Assembly: GCA_043228905.1 (NCBI GenBank)
Contig: JBHGNT010000020.1
Coordinates: 11,904,001-11,968,000 of the forward strand
DNA length: 64,000 nucleotides
Source: Azolla caroliniana
Taxonomy: Eukaryota > Plantae > Polypodiophyta
Direction: 5' to 3'
Below, piece after piece: positions 13,413 to 25,099 of this stretch (the first letter of the stretch is position 1; every line of letters begins with the position of its first letter). The notes beneath the pieces were generated by a model. That model worked only from the letters and a program-made list of their open reading frames with translations, made no database searches and was not told the origin of the DNA. Made by a program: the position numbers and the translations under genes.

Positions 13413-16400
13413 TTAGAAGTTACGCCGATCAACCCACCAGAAGAAACTCGTGATGTGGTATAGGTATAATGAATATATGGCACATCATTATGCGTACATG
13501 ACACATGAGCCAGAGAGCTACGTAGAAGCGACAGGAGACACAAATTGCCATGCCACTATGGAGGACAAAATGCGGGCACTCGATGCCAACGACACATGGG
13601 ACTTAGTTGACCCTCTCGGACACTGCAAAATGATCGGTTGCAAATGGGTATATAAGGCGAAGTATAATGCTGATGGTTAGGTCAACCGGTACAAGGCCCG
13701 ACTAGTGGCCAAAGGATATGCGCAGACCCACAGAATTGACTACGACGAGACCTTCGCACTGGTGGCGAAGATGACGACGGTTCATGTGGTACTGGCGGTG
13801 GCAGTGACAAGAGGGTGGCATCTTCACCAGATGGACGTGAAGAATGCGTTTCTTCAAGGAGATCTCAAAAAACAAGTCTACATGGTTCAACCACCTAGAT
13901 TTCAGTCGGAGGTGAACAAGTCGGCAGTATGTCAACTGAAGAAGTCGTGTTACGACATGAAGCAAACCCCCCATGCTTGTAATTTGAAGATCACGCACCA
14001 ATTACGTAAGATGGGCTTTGTGGCCTCCAAGTCCGACTCATCCTTGGTCATCCGGAAAGGTCCGAAAGGTCCGATGTGCATTCTGTTATATGTCGACGAC
14101 TTGGTCGTCACCGGACCTGACCTCGCTGAAATCGGCCGAGTCAAGTCCCAATTATTGGAAGCATTTGAGATAAAGGACTTGGGGGACCGTCACTTCTTCC
14201 TCGGGATCAAAGTGATCCACACCCCCGACGACATATTGTTGTCTCAACGACACTATGTTTTGAATATGATGTTCAAGTTCGACATGATGGATTGCCAACT
14301 AGTCCCGAATCCTCTCTACCGGAACCTGAAGCTAGATCCCGACTCGGGAGCGGCCTACGACGAGAAACGGTTTCGACAAATTTTCGGAAGCCTCATATAC
14401 CTGACTATCACACGACTCGACATTAGTTATCTGGTCGGAGTGATCAGCCAATTCATTTAGCAACTGACCGTCGAGCACCTTCAGTGGGTGTATCGACTAC
14501 TGCGATACCTAAGCGACACTAAGGATCGGGGGTTGTTGTATCGACATGGTGTAGCCAACTAGCTAGTCGGCTATACTGATGCCGACTGGGCCGGTGATGC
14601 GTTGCATCGTCGGTCAACATCCGGATTCATGTTTTCTCTCGAGAGCGTGGTTGTTGTGTGGAGCAGCAAGAAGCAACCACATAAAATATATAGTTGATAA
14701 GGGTTGAACTTGCAACCTTACATCAACGATACATCATGCTCAACCATCTTGATATGAGCATCGTATAAGATATATATGATCTACATATCATTGTATAAGA
14801 TGTACATGATCTAGGTATACTCTCTAGACATCTAGAAAGTTCCAAGGTTCTAGAATATTCTTCAAAATATTCTAATGCATGTACTTCAACTTAGAGTATA
14901 AATACTTGTAACCATCTTGGTCCCTTTCAAGGGATTCAATGTCAGTCATTGACACATCAATCTAGTATTCTTGTTTAGCCCCATCTTCTCTCCTTGATTT
15001 ACATCACTGTCTTTATGCTCTTGTATTGTTCCTAGTGTCTTAAGTTCCTCATCTCATCGCTCCCAACTTCCCCAGTTTCTATCCTCATCATGTCGAGTTC
15101 CACGTTCGTAACCTTATCGGTCATAGCCTCATCATCTGTGCTTTGTCGTAGTCTAGGGTTGATAGTGGCTCTGTTGAGCACTGAGGCTAAGTACTGAGGA
15201 GCTTATGTCGTGACCTGTGACACCATATGGCTTCAGCGGCTGCTGTAGGACTTACGGATCAATGTTTCCACTCCAATCCTGATCTACTACGACAACATCA
15301 ACAACATACAGCGTGCCAAGAACCTCATGTTCCATGCTCGCACAAAGCACATAGAGGTGCATTATCTTCCGAACAGGTCCTAAGTAGTGAAGTTGAACTC
15401 TGGTATGTTCGAACCAATCGGCAAGTTGCCGACATCTTCACCAAGGCGCTCAGATCAGACAAGTTGCAAAACTTTTCGAAGATGCTTAGGTTACAACATC
15501 TCGACATGCCACACTTGAGGGGGAGAACATGTAGAGAAAAAGGGGGAGAAAGAAAGAAAGAAAGAAATATTAACGTCTTCTAAGGCCAAAATTGGCCCAT
15601 GAGAGAAACAGGAGAAAGCTGAATTGACGGAAGAAATCGATACATCCGACAAAGTCGGAACAAGCGACAGAGTAAAAAAGGACAGAGCTGACCGGAATAA
15701 AGAGGCCAGGACCAAGACATGGTTGGATGTGGTCAAGGGCCTGAAGACAGATGACAAATTGGAGACAACTGATTTGGTCAAGTGGGTTGATTCAGATGAG
15801 CCGAATTTCATAAAGGCCAAGAGAACGAGAGGGCAACTGAAGTCGACGCTGACACGGAGGAGCCAACAGGTCGAGAAGTGCCAATACCACGACAACGAGG
15901 GAGCTGAAATGGGCCTGATGAGCAGACAAGCCGACTGTAGGGGTCGAGATGCATGGAGTTAGATGGGTCAAGAAGCGCTAGACCGGAGGGGTTGTGGAAC
16001 ACGGGACCAAACTGGACGAGGAGCGTGAGGACACCAAGAGGAGCCTGAAGATGGAGCCGACAGATGAGATGGAACCTCAAGTTGAGCTTGAGGGGGAGTG
16101 TTGAGAAGCAAGCTCAATATGGGCCGGATCGGCTGAATAAGCCGAGAGCCGGATCGGGTGAAGACCGATCGGCCAGGCTTGGATCGGATCGGTGAGCCGG
16201 ATTGATTAGCTGAATCGGATAACCAGATCATTGAGCCGGTAGGCCATTAGAGGCCTACGATCCTAACCTAGTAGATAGGCATATTTTTAGGAGTTAGTGT
16301 CAGTCGCTTAGTTATGAGCATTGAAGTACATGTCAGTACTTCTATCAGTCTTTTTAAGGACTTGTATAAAAGTGTTCATTGAGCACACTTGTATGTACAA

Positions 16401-16577
16401 AACATAGTATTATTTTGAAATTGAGTTTTGTGTTCTGCTCTCTTTGTCTCTCCCGAGTTCTCTCTGTATGGTCTCCAAGTTTTCCATTAATCCTTCGTTA
16501 TTTTTGTTGCTATCTGGCAGAGCTAGTTTTATCAGTTAGCTTCCGCACGCTACTTGTCACAAAGGCTAGTACCAACA
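13413..16577 (+). mobile_element. Ty1/Copia element D, 3' half (RT, RNase H, long 3' region, 3' LTR); probable host of B
   Basis: [51 protein letters not shown] and ADIFTKAL. PPT GAGGGGGAG at 16090-16098. LTR TGTTG...CAACA at 16099-16577. Confidence 0.9.
14680..15161. other. ~480-bp AT-rich, LTR-like insertion in the RNase H of element D
   Basis: Separates WSSKKQP (ends ~14679) from the continuing VALxSTEAxY (~15163). Contains TATAAATA. No TSD found. Confidence 0.6.
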
Positions 16578-16599
16578 TCTGATATCATATAAGAAACAA

Positions 16600-18810
16600 A
16601 TGGAGCAAAAACTACAAGCTATGCAACAAAAAAGAAGGTATGACATAATTCCACCTTAGACTAGGTTGTATTTGAAAATAAGTGACGCCTTGCCATCGTT
16701 TCTTAAAGGCCACTTGATGTTGCCATAGAACATCATCTGAACCCTGCAGATCATCATATTGACCACGTAGTGTATGGACAAATAAAAGCTAGAATTCAAT
16801 AAGCATGGTGCGAAGACGTAGGTGAGCATTATTAAAAACAACATCACATCTCGCTTTCCATGTTATGCAAAGAGCCATTCATATAATAGTATGCCAAATA
16901 ACCAGATTTTCAACTCTAAACCGTCAAATAGAAGATGGAAATGAGGTGAGCTAAAGATGTCCATGGGAAAAGTGAAAGACATGAGAAGCAAGCCTACTTT
17001 CATACTTCATAACATCTCCATGAAGGACACCCCATAATTATATTGCGCCCCACGAGAAATAGAACAAGAATAATGTTGTCTCAGCAATAAAAATAGCTTA
17101 CTGCAAAATAATTTGCTTGATCCTGGGACATAACCAAAACACATGCAAAATAGATTCCATAGATGCACCACATTGCATTCCACAAGCATATTGCTGATTT
17201 TACCTCAACTAATAACAAACAGGAAGAGCATAATGCATCAACAACCAACGAAAACAAATCACTTTTTTCAGCAACTACATACTCCAAAACCATTTCCAAA
17301 ATTTGGTAAGTTGGAATGCATGCACATTATTTGCAGTCCAATGGCAACATGTCATTTATACTTTGATTGCAACAACAAATTTCTACCTAGCTTAACCGAG
17401 TATTGGAAAAACTCCAAATGTTTACCATTTCCACCAACACTCGGCTTTTTCCATTGATAATCAACCGTATCCCAGTCCAAATTGTAAAGAGGCTTTTTTT
17501 GAAAAACCCACAATTAGCAACACAACAAGCATTCTTGAAAGGGTGGATCTAACTACCATTTTTTTCCAGATCTTGCAACAACTCAAATAGCTAAAACATT
17601 GGCAAACATCCACACTTCTGATGCAGAAAATACATACCACAACCTACCATCATCATCCACATTAAAGTATATAGCATCACCTGTAGTGTTAGTTACAGCT
17701 CCGAAAATAACTTTTAAAGGAGAGAAATAACCAAACCCAAATCTGATTGTTAGAGGGGGACTATGAAGCCATAAATTATCCCAATGCCACTTGCATATCA
17801 TTGCACATAATAGCACCTCCTCGAATTGAAGGCATTGACAAAGATTGTAATGGTTGATTCATAACATAGCATCCCCATGCTAGAACATTACCTACAATTG
17901 ATGCATCCAAAGAAGCCCAATTCAGCCGAGGACGGCTACCAAGCAGAAAACCCCTTGTGTCAGAGGAGAAAAATTCTAGGTCAAAGGCTATCTCAGCAAG
18001 TCATCCGTTGTCAAAGGTATCTTCAGAACTAGAAACTTTTTAACAATTGACCAACTTGTGAGAATTCCATTGAAAAATCTATCTTCTGATAAGGTTGTTT
18101 TAAACAAATGACAATTCTAAATAAAGGCCCACCTTAATGAGGGTTGCCACATTCCACCTATTGTTGGACACATAGTAGACAACCTATGCATCATTAGCTG
18201 ACTCCAACAGACTCCAAACGCCTTGCATTGTCAACATAGGTCTACACACAAATTTAGAAACCAAAGCCTTACATTGCGATTATGGATCCACCAGCTCCAA
18301 CCCACCATTTTGTCACGGAGCAATCTGTCACGGATAGATCATAATCTCAAGAGACAAGAAAGAAGATAGACAAATGGATGAGTAGTATTAACGAAAAGAC
18401 TCCATAACTGGTGTTGTTCACCTTGAATTCCTTCAAGGTGAACTCCTCTATTTATACTACATGGCATGCATACTTGTTGTGCGCATGTGAATCTACAATA
18501 GAGCATGTAGGTATGCATGCATGTGCCAAGTGTAAATACTACAAGGGAGCAACTATGCACATGATGCTAGCAAAACAATAAGGACCAATTACATACATAA
18601 CTATGTACTAGATATATTGGTTAACCCATGATATTATATTATAACATGGTCGTGTCAAGATTTCGAATCTTGACACAATCAATATTGCCCAAGCTACTTT
18701 AGGCCTTTTATATTGACCTGTTTTTCCTCCCCAAATGTAATTACGAATGAGGCATTGCACCTGCAATATGCAATATTATTGCATATTCTATTTCAAAAGT
18801 GTGTCAATAC
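16600..18810 (-). mobile_element. Degraded 5'-truncated L1-type LINE (post-RT region of ORF2)
   Basis: Minus-strand translation gives LIRNYIWGG, KVAWAILIAP, GGLELVDP, GSRPRLNWASLD, DDDGRLWYV and WNYVIP. These are collinear with ORF2 of the LINE at 43.2-46.6 kb. Confidence 0.8.
18326..18675. mobile_element. Solo LTR (350 bp) inserted in the LINE
   Basis: Termini TGTCA...TGACA. Exact 5-bp TSD CAATC at 18321-18325 and 18676-18680. Removing it restores the LINE frame KVAWAILIAP-GGL. Confidence 0.85.
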
Positions 18811-19175
18811 ATTTTACTTGAGTGAAATTCACTAGCGTTTTACTTGTAAACACGAAATATAAATGGCCCACGTGCTTTACATTAAGAAGAAAATTTATTG
18901 CTATAGCATTGTATGTGAGCTCAAAAACGATGATGTTTCACCTTCTAACATTTTGTAGATCTATTTAGCGTAATACCAAATTTACACACGTTTATTTCGA
19001 GTTCATAACTTTGACACACTTCATAAATTTGATTGTTTTATGAAATAAATAATGCTCATTTGCAGCCATAGCGAGTTTGCAATGACTCCCATGTCGTAAA
19101 TTAACATGGGATATCCGATAGACTATATAATGTGAAGTTTTTGAATGTTTCCCAAGTATTTCCCTCATGTGTATT

Positions 19176-19835
19176 CTAATATTTTACCCCTTAGTTCTCC
19201 AAATGTTGACTTTTTTAATACAAAGTAAAAAGTAACATCAACTTGCTCTGAGCGAATAATCATTAACCACTTAGTTTCTTGGTACTCACAACCCGTAGTA
19301 TATAGTCGAGGCTCTCTCATCCCTTTGTTAAGCCCTAGGTGTCATAATGAAACTTATTTATAGTTCTCAAGTTTTTTCAGATTATTCACAATCACAAGAC
19401 TTCCCTATCATGTCTTTGTTGCTAAGTTGACTTCCCAAATATTGATGAGAAAATAATGATTGACCCCTTACATGAATAGACATCTCAAAATCATTTGCTA
19501 GTTGACTAATATTTTACCCCTTAGTTCTCCAAAGGTTGACATTTTTAAATACAAAGTAAAAAGCAACATCAACTTGCTTTGAGCGAATAATCATTAACCA
19601 CTTTGTTTCTTGGTACTCACAACCCGTAGTATATAGTCGGGGCTCTCTCATCCCTTTGTTAAGCCCTAGGTGTCATAATGAAACTTATTTATAGTTCTCA
19701 AGTTTTTTTAGATTGTTCACTCACAAGACTTCCTTATCATGTCTTTGTTGCTAAGTTGACTTCTCAAATATTGATGAGAAAGTATTGATTGACCCATTAC
19801 ATGAATAGACATTTCAAAATCATTTGCTAGTTGAC
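19176..19835. repeat. Tandem duplication, 2 x ~330 bp, highly similar
   Basis: CTAATATTTTACCCCTTAGTTCTCC begins at 19176 and 19506. Both copies end CATTTGCTAGTTGA. Confidence 0.95.
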
Positions 19836-21079
19836 TAAACAACATATTAACTATATTATCATGATATATTGGTACAATTTGTTTCCTAACCAAGAAAGTG
19901 GAACTAAGTGCATTAAAACTCAAGAAAATATGAAATGTGAGGGAATTGATTCCACAGGAAGCGACGTGGCCTCTCACAAGTAGGCTAAAAAACCTGTAAA
20001 ATAGTTTCATATTTTTTTAATATATCTTGTTTTATATTTTTATTGTAGAAAACTTGTAACACGTGTCATTACAATCATGGATATTGGACAAGTAAACATC
20101 AAAAGCAACTCAACCTTATCTTCGACATGTTAAAAGCCTTGATTTTGGGGCTATGTTTATTAGAAAAAACTCTTTTTCACTTTGCCCTTTTCCATTATTT
20201 ACAAGATTTTATATGGCTAAGTCTAAGTAAACAAACAAATTAGAATTGTTACGAGATATGAAGAATTCTCCAAGAAGTTGAACTTACATGTTGAAATTGG
20301 GTATTGATGTTGATAGTCCACTACTCGTTATTGTTAACCTTCAATTTTTCTATGGCATGATTGAAACATATGATGCACCAAGATTACTTGACCTTCATTC
20401 GAAATATATGTTGTATTAGACACCTACTTATAAAGCTATGCTAATATCAAAGCATTTTTGTGCCCACAGATAGAATTGCATAAATCCAATGACAACATAA
20501 ATTACAATTGTTTGTCAACTTACAAATTCTTTCACACATTTTTGTATAAATAATTTGACTACCGAATAAAGTGGCATATTGAACCATGGAAAGCGTTAAT
20601 GAGAAATAAGTTCTCCATTCTCAATGAAAATTTAGGTTGTAGTAGATTTTAGAGTGTCAATATTGCAACCACAAAATTCTTTATCTTGAAATGGAATGGT
20701 CTCAATTTGTATAATATGAAACTTTAATGTCTCAATTGAGGAAATCACGTTTAGTCTTGTTTTGGCGGATACATGGCGGAACAAAAATAAATGCTTGGCA
20801 AGAGTTTATAGAAAGATAATGACAACAATGGATAGTAGCGACTTGGGGTATGGGGACATTTATGTTGAAGATTATGTTCAAATTTACATAACTATAGAAT
20901 TGACATGTTCCAAGGCTTGTGTACTTTTTCGTGTGAGTGAGAAGTCGATGAAAAGTAGATATAGTAAATTTCATTATCTTAAAAGGGGGAGAGAGAAATA
21001 ATGTCGCCACTAAATGGGCGATAATAGAATTTATATCCTTCAAAAATCCAATGATATGATCTGTCTCTCACTATATCCT

Positions 21080-21420
21080 ATTAGAAGTTTATAGATCAAC
21101 GAATGTGCCACCCATCGCTTAGAAGTGGGAAAGGGGGCTTACTATGCATTGGAGAACATATGTAATGATGGAGAAACTAGATACCTTTGGTAATGTTGGT
21201 GCATCTCTAAGGGGTTTAAGCATGGGACAATGACAACTCTAAATCCATTTCCAATGAGTTTGGAGATGTCCAAAAGCGTTTTCTCATGAAATTTCTTCAA
21301 AGATGTTGCACCAAATTAAAAAACCCTTCTTCTCACATGGGGAAACTACAATCGTCAATACAAGTTAGACCTTATCCCTTTTCCACCATCCACGCTAATT
21401 ATCTCACATTCTTCTTCATA
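21080..21420 (+). pseudogene. Old RTE/RTEX-type fragment
   Basis: AACGAATGTGCCACCCATCGCTTAGAAGTGGGAAAG...TACTATGCATTGGAGAACATATGTAAT is homologous to the NECATRRLEAGKRAYYAFENTCN region at ~26.25 kb and ~55.2 kb. Confidence 0.65.
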
Positions 21421-21880
21421 TGCAAACGAGCTTTTGGGCAATATAGAAAAGGAGACTCTTGGACGACATATTTTTCCTTGGTTTCATAAGCCTTACATTT
21501 GGAATCAATTCTAGTTAGCAATAACATTTGGAACACCCTCTATGTTTGATCTCTACTTTTATGTTTGGTAGCTTAGAATGTAGCATAGAAGACATAAGAA
21601 TTGAGAGTTTCCAAGGTCTCTTGTATTATATTTAGTTTCTTGTAAATCGCCCTGTGTTGGCTTGGTGCCTTATGTTGTAGGATCAATTTCCTCTTGCTCA
21701 AGCTAAATCCTTGTCATGGACAAGGCCTCTTCCAACGGAATTTTGAAGGTTTCCAATGGATGTTAGTGATCTGTCTATGTCTCTTATATTAGAAGCTATA
21801 CACCAATGGTAAAAGTTGCAAAACGTGAAAATTCTTAACTTGTTGGGTATTTACAAGAACACACCCATAAGTTTTAAAAA

Positions 21881-22193
21881 GGGAAAAGTACCATGATACC
21901 CCTGGAAGTTCATCTATTTACCAGAATGCCCCTGGAAGTTCCAAATTTACCAAACTACCCCAATGTCCAAAAAATTACACTTTATAAAGTAATTATACAC
22001 TCAAATCTACAAGCCCTATTTACCAAAGATGGAAGAAATGGACCCGAACTAGCCCTATTTACCAAAGATTTGAGTGTATAATTACTTTATAAAGTGTAAT
22101 TTTTTGGACATAGGGGTAGTTTGGTAAATTTGGAACTTCCAGGGGCATTTTGGTAGATAGACGAACTTCCAGGGGTATCCTGCTACTTTTCCC
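21881..22193. mobile_element. Mutator-type (MULE) foldback MITE, 313 bp
   Basis: ~128-bp TIRs (GGGAAAAGTA...TACTTTTCCC). 9-bp TSD TTTTAAAAA at 21872-21880 and 22194-22202. Confidence 0.9.
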
Positions 22194-22251
22194 TTTTAAA
22201 AATCACATGACATAAGAGCATCATAGGAATTGTTTTAAACTTCAAAATACC

Positions 22252-22614
22252 TAAGAATCGGCAACAGTTCAGTTTGGGCTTAAGCAATTAGCATTTTCCA
22301 AGCCAAACGGGTTAAGTCTTAACCAATTTAGAAGATTTAAAACTTGAACCAAACCAAACCAAACCAACAAGTAAGTCTAAATCATTTTAGGCTTAACATC
22401 AATATTCCAAAAAATGCACAAATAAAAAAATTAAATTTTTTGTAAATGATAGAACTTGCTTTACCAGTTTCAATTAGTTATGCAAGGTTGAAGTTAAAAC
22501 CAAACCAAGCTCAAACTAGTTAACAAAACTTAGGCATGAATCGAGCGAACTCCTAAACTGTTTAAGGGTTAAATGGCGCGGTTCAAGATTGAGCGGAATT
22601 GTTGTCGACTCCTA
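22252..22614. mobile_element. Possible old hAT-like MITE
   Basis: Imperfect ~19-bp TIR (TAAGAATCGGCAACAGTTC vs TAGGAGTCGACAACAATTC) and internal AAACC repeats. TSD not convincing. Confidence 0.4.
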
Positions 22615-22682
22615 GGAAATAGCCAACAATTTCGAGCTCAAGAGTATCATAGAAGACCTTATTAGTGCAAAAAGGTAATAAC

Positions 22683-23409
22683 TTTTTTGTTTTTTTTTAA
22701 ACAAAAGTACACAATAGTTTCCATTACCAATCCAATAAGCATATACAAAGCATATAATGATACAATCTAGTGGAGGGTAAGATAAGAGAGAAAATGTATA
22801 TCCCCCACTATGTCATAATAGGAAACAACCATCGAGGGGATACATATTGCTAAACCATTTGGTCATTTCTCTCCACAAATACAAACAAATCATTCCACTT
22901 CCCTTTAAAAGGATTGTTGTTTCAGAAAAATGGTATCTTCATTACCAATGAAGGAGTCATATTGACCTTTTAAAATTGAAATAAGAATCAACCAAATTTC
23001 CTTCACACAATGAATAGGATTTTGCTTTATTTGCTAAAACACATTTTTGCATCGATCTATCCAAATATTCCATAGAACCACCGACGATATCATAGCCTAT
23101 ACTGTGGCATCCACACTCAACCAATTTGAGCTTGAATATGGTATGTCCTTAACTTGCCTTCCCCTAGTTTGAAGGGTAAATAGTATATTTTCCCTTTCAT
23201 AATTATGCTTATCCACATTTACTTCACACAATGAACATGATTTTGCTTTATTTGCTGAAACACATTTGTGCATTGATCTATCCAAATATTCCACAAAACC
23301 ACCGATGATATCGTAGCCCATATTGTGGCATCCACATTCAACCTATTTGAGCTTGAATATGGTATGTCCTTAACTTGCCTTCCCCTAGTTTGAAGGGTAA
23401 CTAATATTG
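22683..23409 (-). mobile_element. Short 5'-truncated L1-type LINE with poly(A), TSD and internal duplication
   Basis: TSD AAAAAGGTAATAAC(T) at 22669 and 23410. Poly(T) on the plus strand from 22683. Minus translation IWATISSVVLWNIWID and EIWLILISILKGQYD matches the C-terminus of the 43-46 kb LINE. Confidence 0.85.
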
Positions 23410-23582
23410 AAAAAGGTAATAACTAATTCCTACCATGTTTCTGGTTACATTTTCATTCTTTTTCCTTTGGGTTTTATGTTCTTCAAATTTTCATTTTTTG
23501 TCTTTTTCTCAAGTTAGGAATGTCACCCATTAGTAAGCCAAATTTTTATAAGCCTATGCACAATTTTACTAATTGTTGTAAG

Positions 23583-24740
23583 GGGTACAACTTATCATGT
23601 TGGACGATCTCCTAACGAAGTATACATCATATATGGTACAACCTATCATGCTGGACGATGTCCAAAGAAAGTATACATCACATTCAACAACTAGTATACA
23701 ATTACATTTGGTCTAGTAAGGAAGATCATGCAACTCATGCCAAGGTGGCATGATATGTTCTCACATCACCCAAATGGAGAGGAGGGATGGGTTTGATTGA
23801 TACCCTCTACTATCCAAAGCACCACTTGCCAAATTTGTTGTTCGAGGACTCCAACTAGGGGATGACTATTGGAAAATGCTATAGAGCTATGTTCCGAGGA
23901 TCTCAAACCAAGGTTATCACACGAATTAGAGGATCATAGATTTAGTGCATTCATGTGGAAGCATGGTGTGACATAAGACGAGGGTTAAAGTGCGGTCAAC
24001 CTAACTCCGAACTTGCATTGCTCAATCAACGCATCCTATGGAACCCATGAGTCTGGTAAACTAATTGGATCAAGTAAGGGGAAGCATTGCAGAAGGTCCA
24101 ACAAAGAGTATAGAGTGTTGGAAGCGGTTTATGTCAATTTCACGACAAGATCAAGCCAACATACTCCACGACATCAGGGGCAGATGGACTATGAGATCTG
24201 AAATTATGAATGCTCTATTGCTTGGGGAAGTTGCTAGTCCAAGGACGGCAATGGAGAAGTGGATAGGGAATGAGGAGGAAACACCAAATAGGATCCAAGG
24301 CCAAGAGACAATGAGGAACCAACAACAACGAACATGGAAATTCGAGTGTTCGTGTATACAGGTCATAAGTGGATTGTAGATCCCATCCAATCAAAGTCAC
24401 ATTGGAATTTGTCAACCCAATAACACTATGAACTCTCTAGAAACAACATTGTAGGGGGGATTTCTCTAATCAAATTGTGCACCAGGCGATGGTATTGCAG
24501 GAGATATGGAGTGAAGTTGTAGTCACGCTAAAGAGACAATACAATGGCATCAAGGTGGATTCGTTGTAACCAAAAGACAACGATTAGCCTTCATCCAACA
24601 ATGGTCATCCTCTCCCTTTCTTGAGTCAATGGGCCTCCACATAAGATGGAACTATCGAGTCCCTTCTGGGATTTCTATAATTCTCAATTGTAAAATTTTA
24701 TAAGTAATGGAAGGAGTTTTGTTTTCGGTAAGAAACAAAA
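23583..24740 (+). mobile_element. Degraded 5'-truncated L1-type LINE
   Basis: WYNLSCWTMSK..IQQLVYNYIWS..AKVA*..KWRGGMGLID near the start and IRWNYRVP near 24645. The first ~50 bp is tandemly duplicated (23583/23635). Confidence 0.7.
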
Positions 24741-24879
24741 TTTGTTGTAATGGGTGAATGCATGAAATTTTGATTTAATTTCACAGTCTTAATAATTGAA
24801 CTACAACCATTTGGACAATCTCTCACATTCTTACAATAATGTGGGTATCCTGACTCGCTCTCTCTTTATCATAAGTACC

Positions 24880-25069
24880 TTACCCTAGTGGTAAGTTGTT
24901 ACACGACAAACACTATGTCTTGGGCTTGAAACCTAATTATCTCACCTCTCTATTAGATACTTGATACATATATCACTTTTAAGTCACTAGATGCCACTGT
25001 GGAATGTAGGGGTTGAACCCATGACCTCCTGGTCTCCATTGCGCAACATTACCAACTGAGCTACATCCA
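24880..25069. other. Twin convergent tRNA-like (SINE-head-like) module, copy 1
   Basis: Plus strand: A-box-like TACCCTAGTGG at 24881 and B-box-like GGCTTGAAACC at 24923. Minus strand: A box TAGCTCAGTTGG at 25063-25052 and B box GGTTCAACCC at 25019-25010. Flanked by CT/CA repeats. Confidence 0.7.
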
Positions 25070-25099
25070 TCTCGGCGACTCTTTCTCTCTCACACACAC

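Noticed and set aside
15624-15962. Extra (env-like) ORF in the 3' region of Copia D
   Set aside because: Short, purine-biased, no ATG start and no transmembrane signature. Most likely non-coding 3' region.
24993-25069. Functional tRNA gene (and the copy at ~53920-53995)
   Set aside because: A and B boxes are present, but I cannot fold a proper acceptor or anticodon arm and the two copies differ in the central region. Treated as tRNA-derived.
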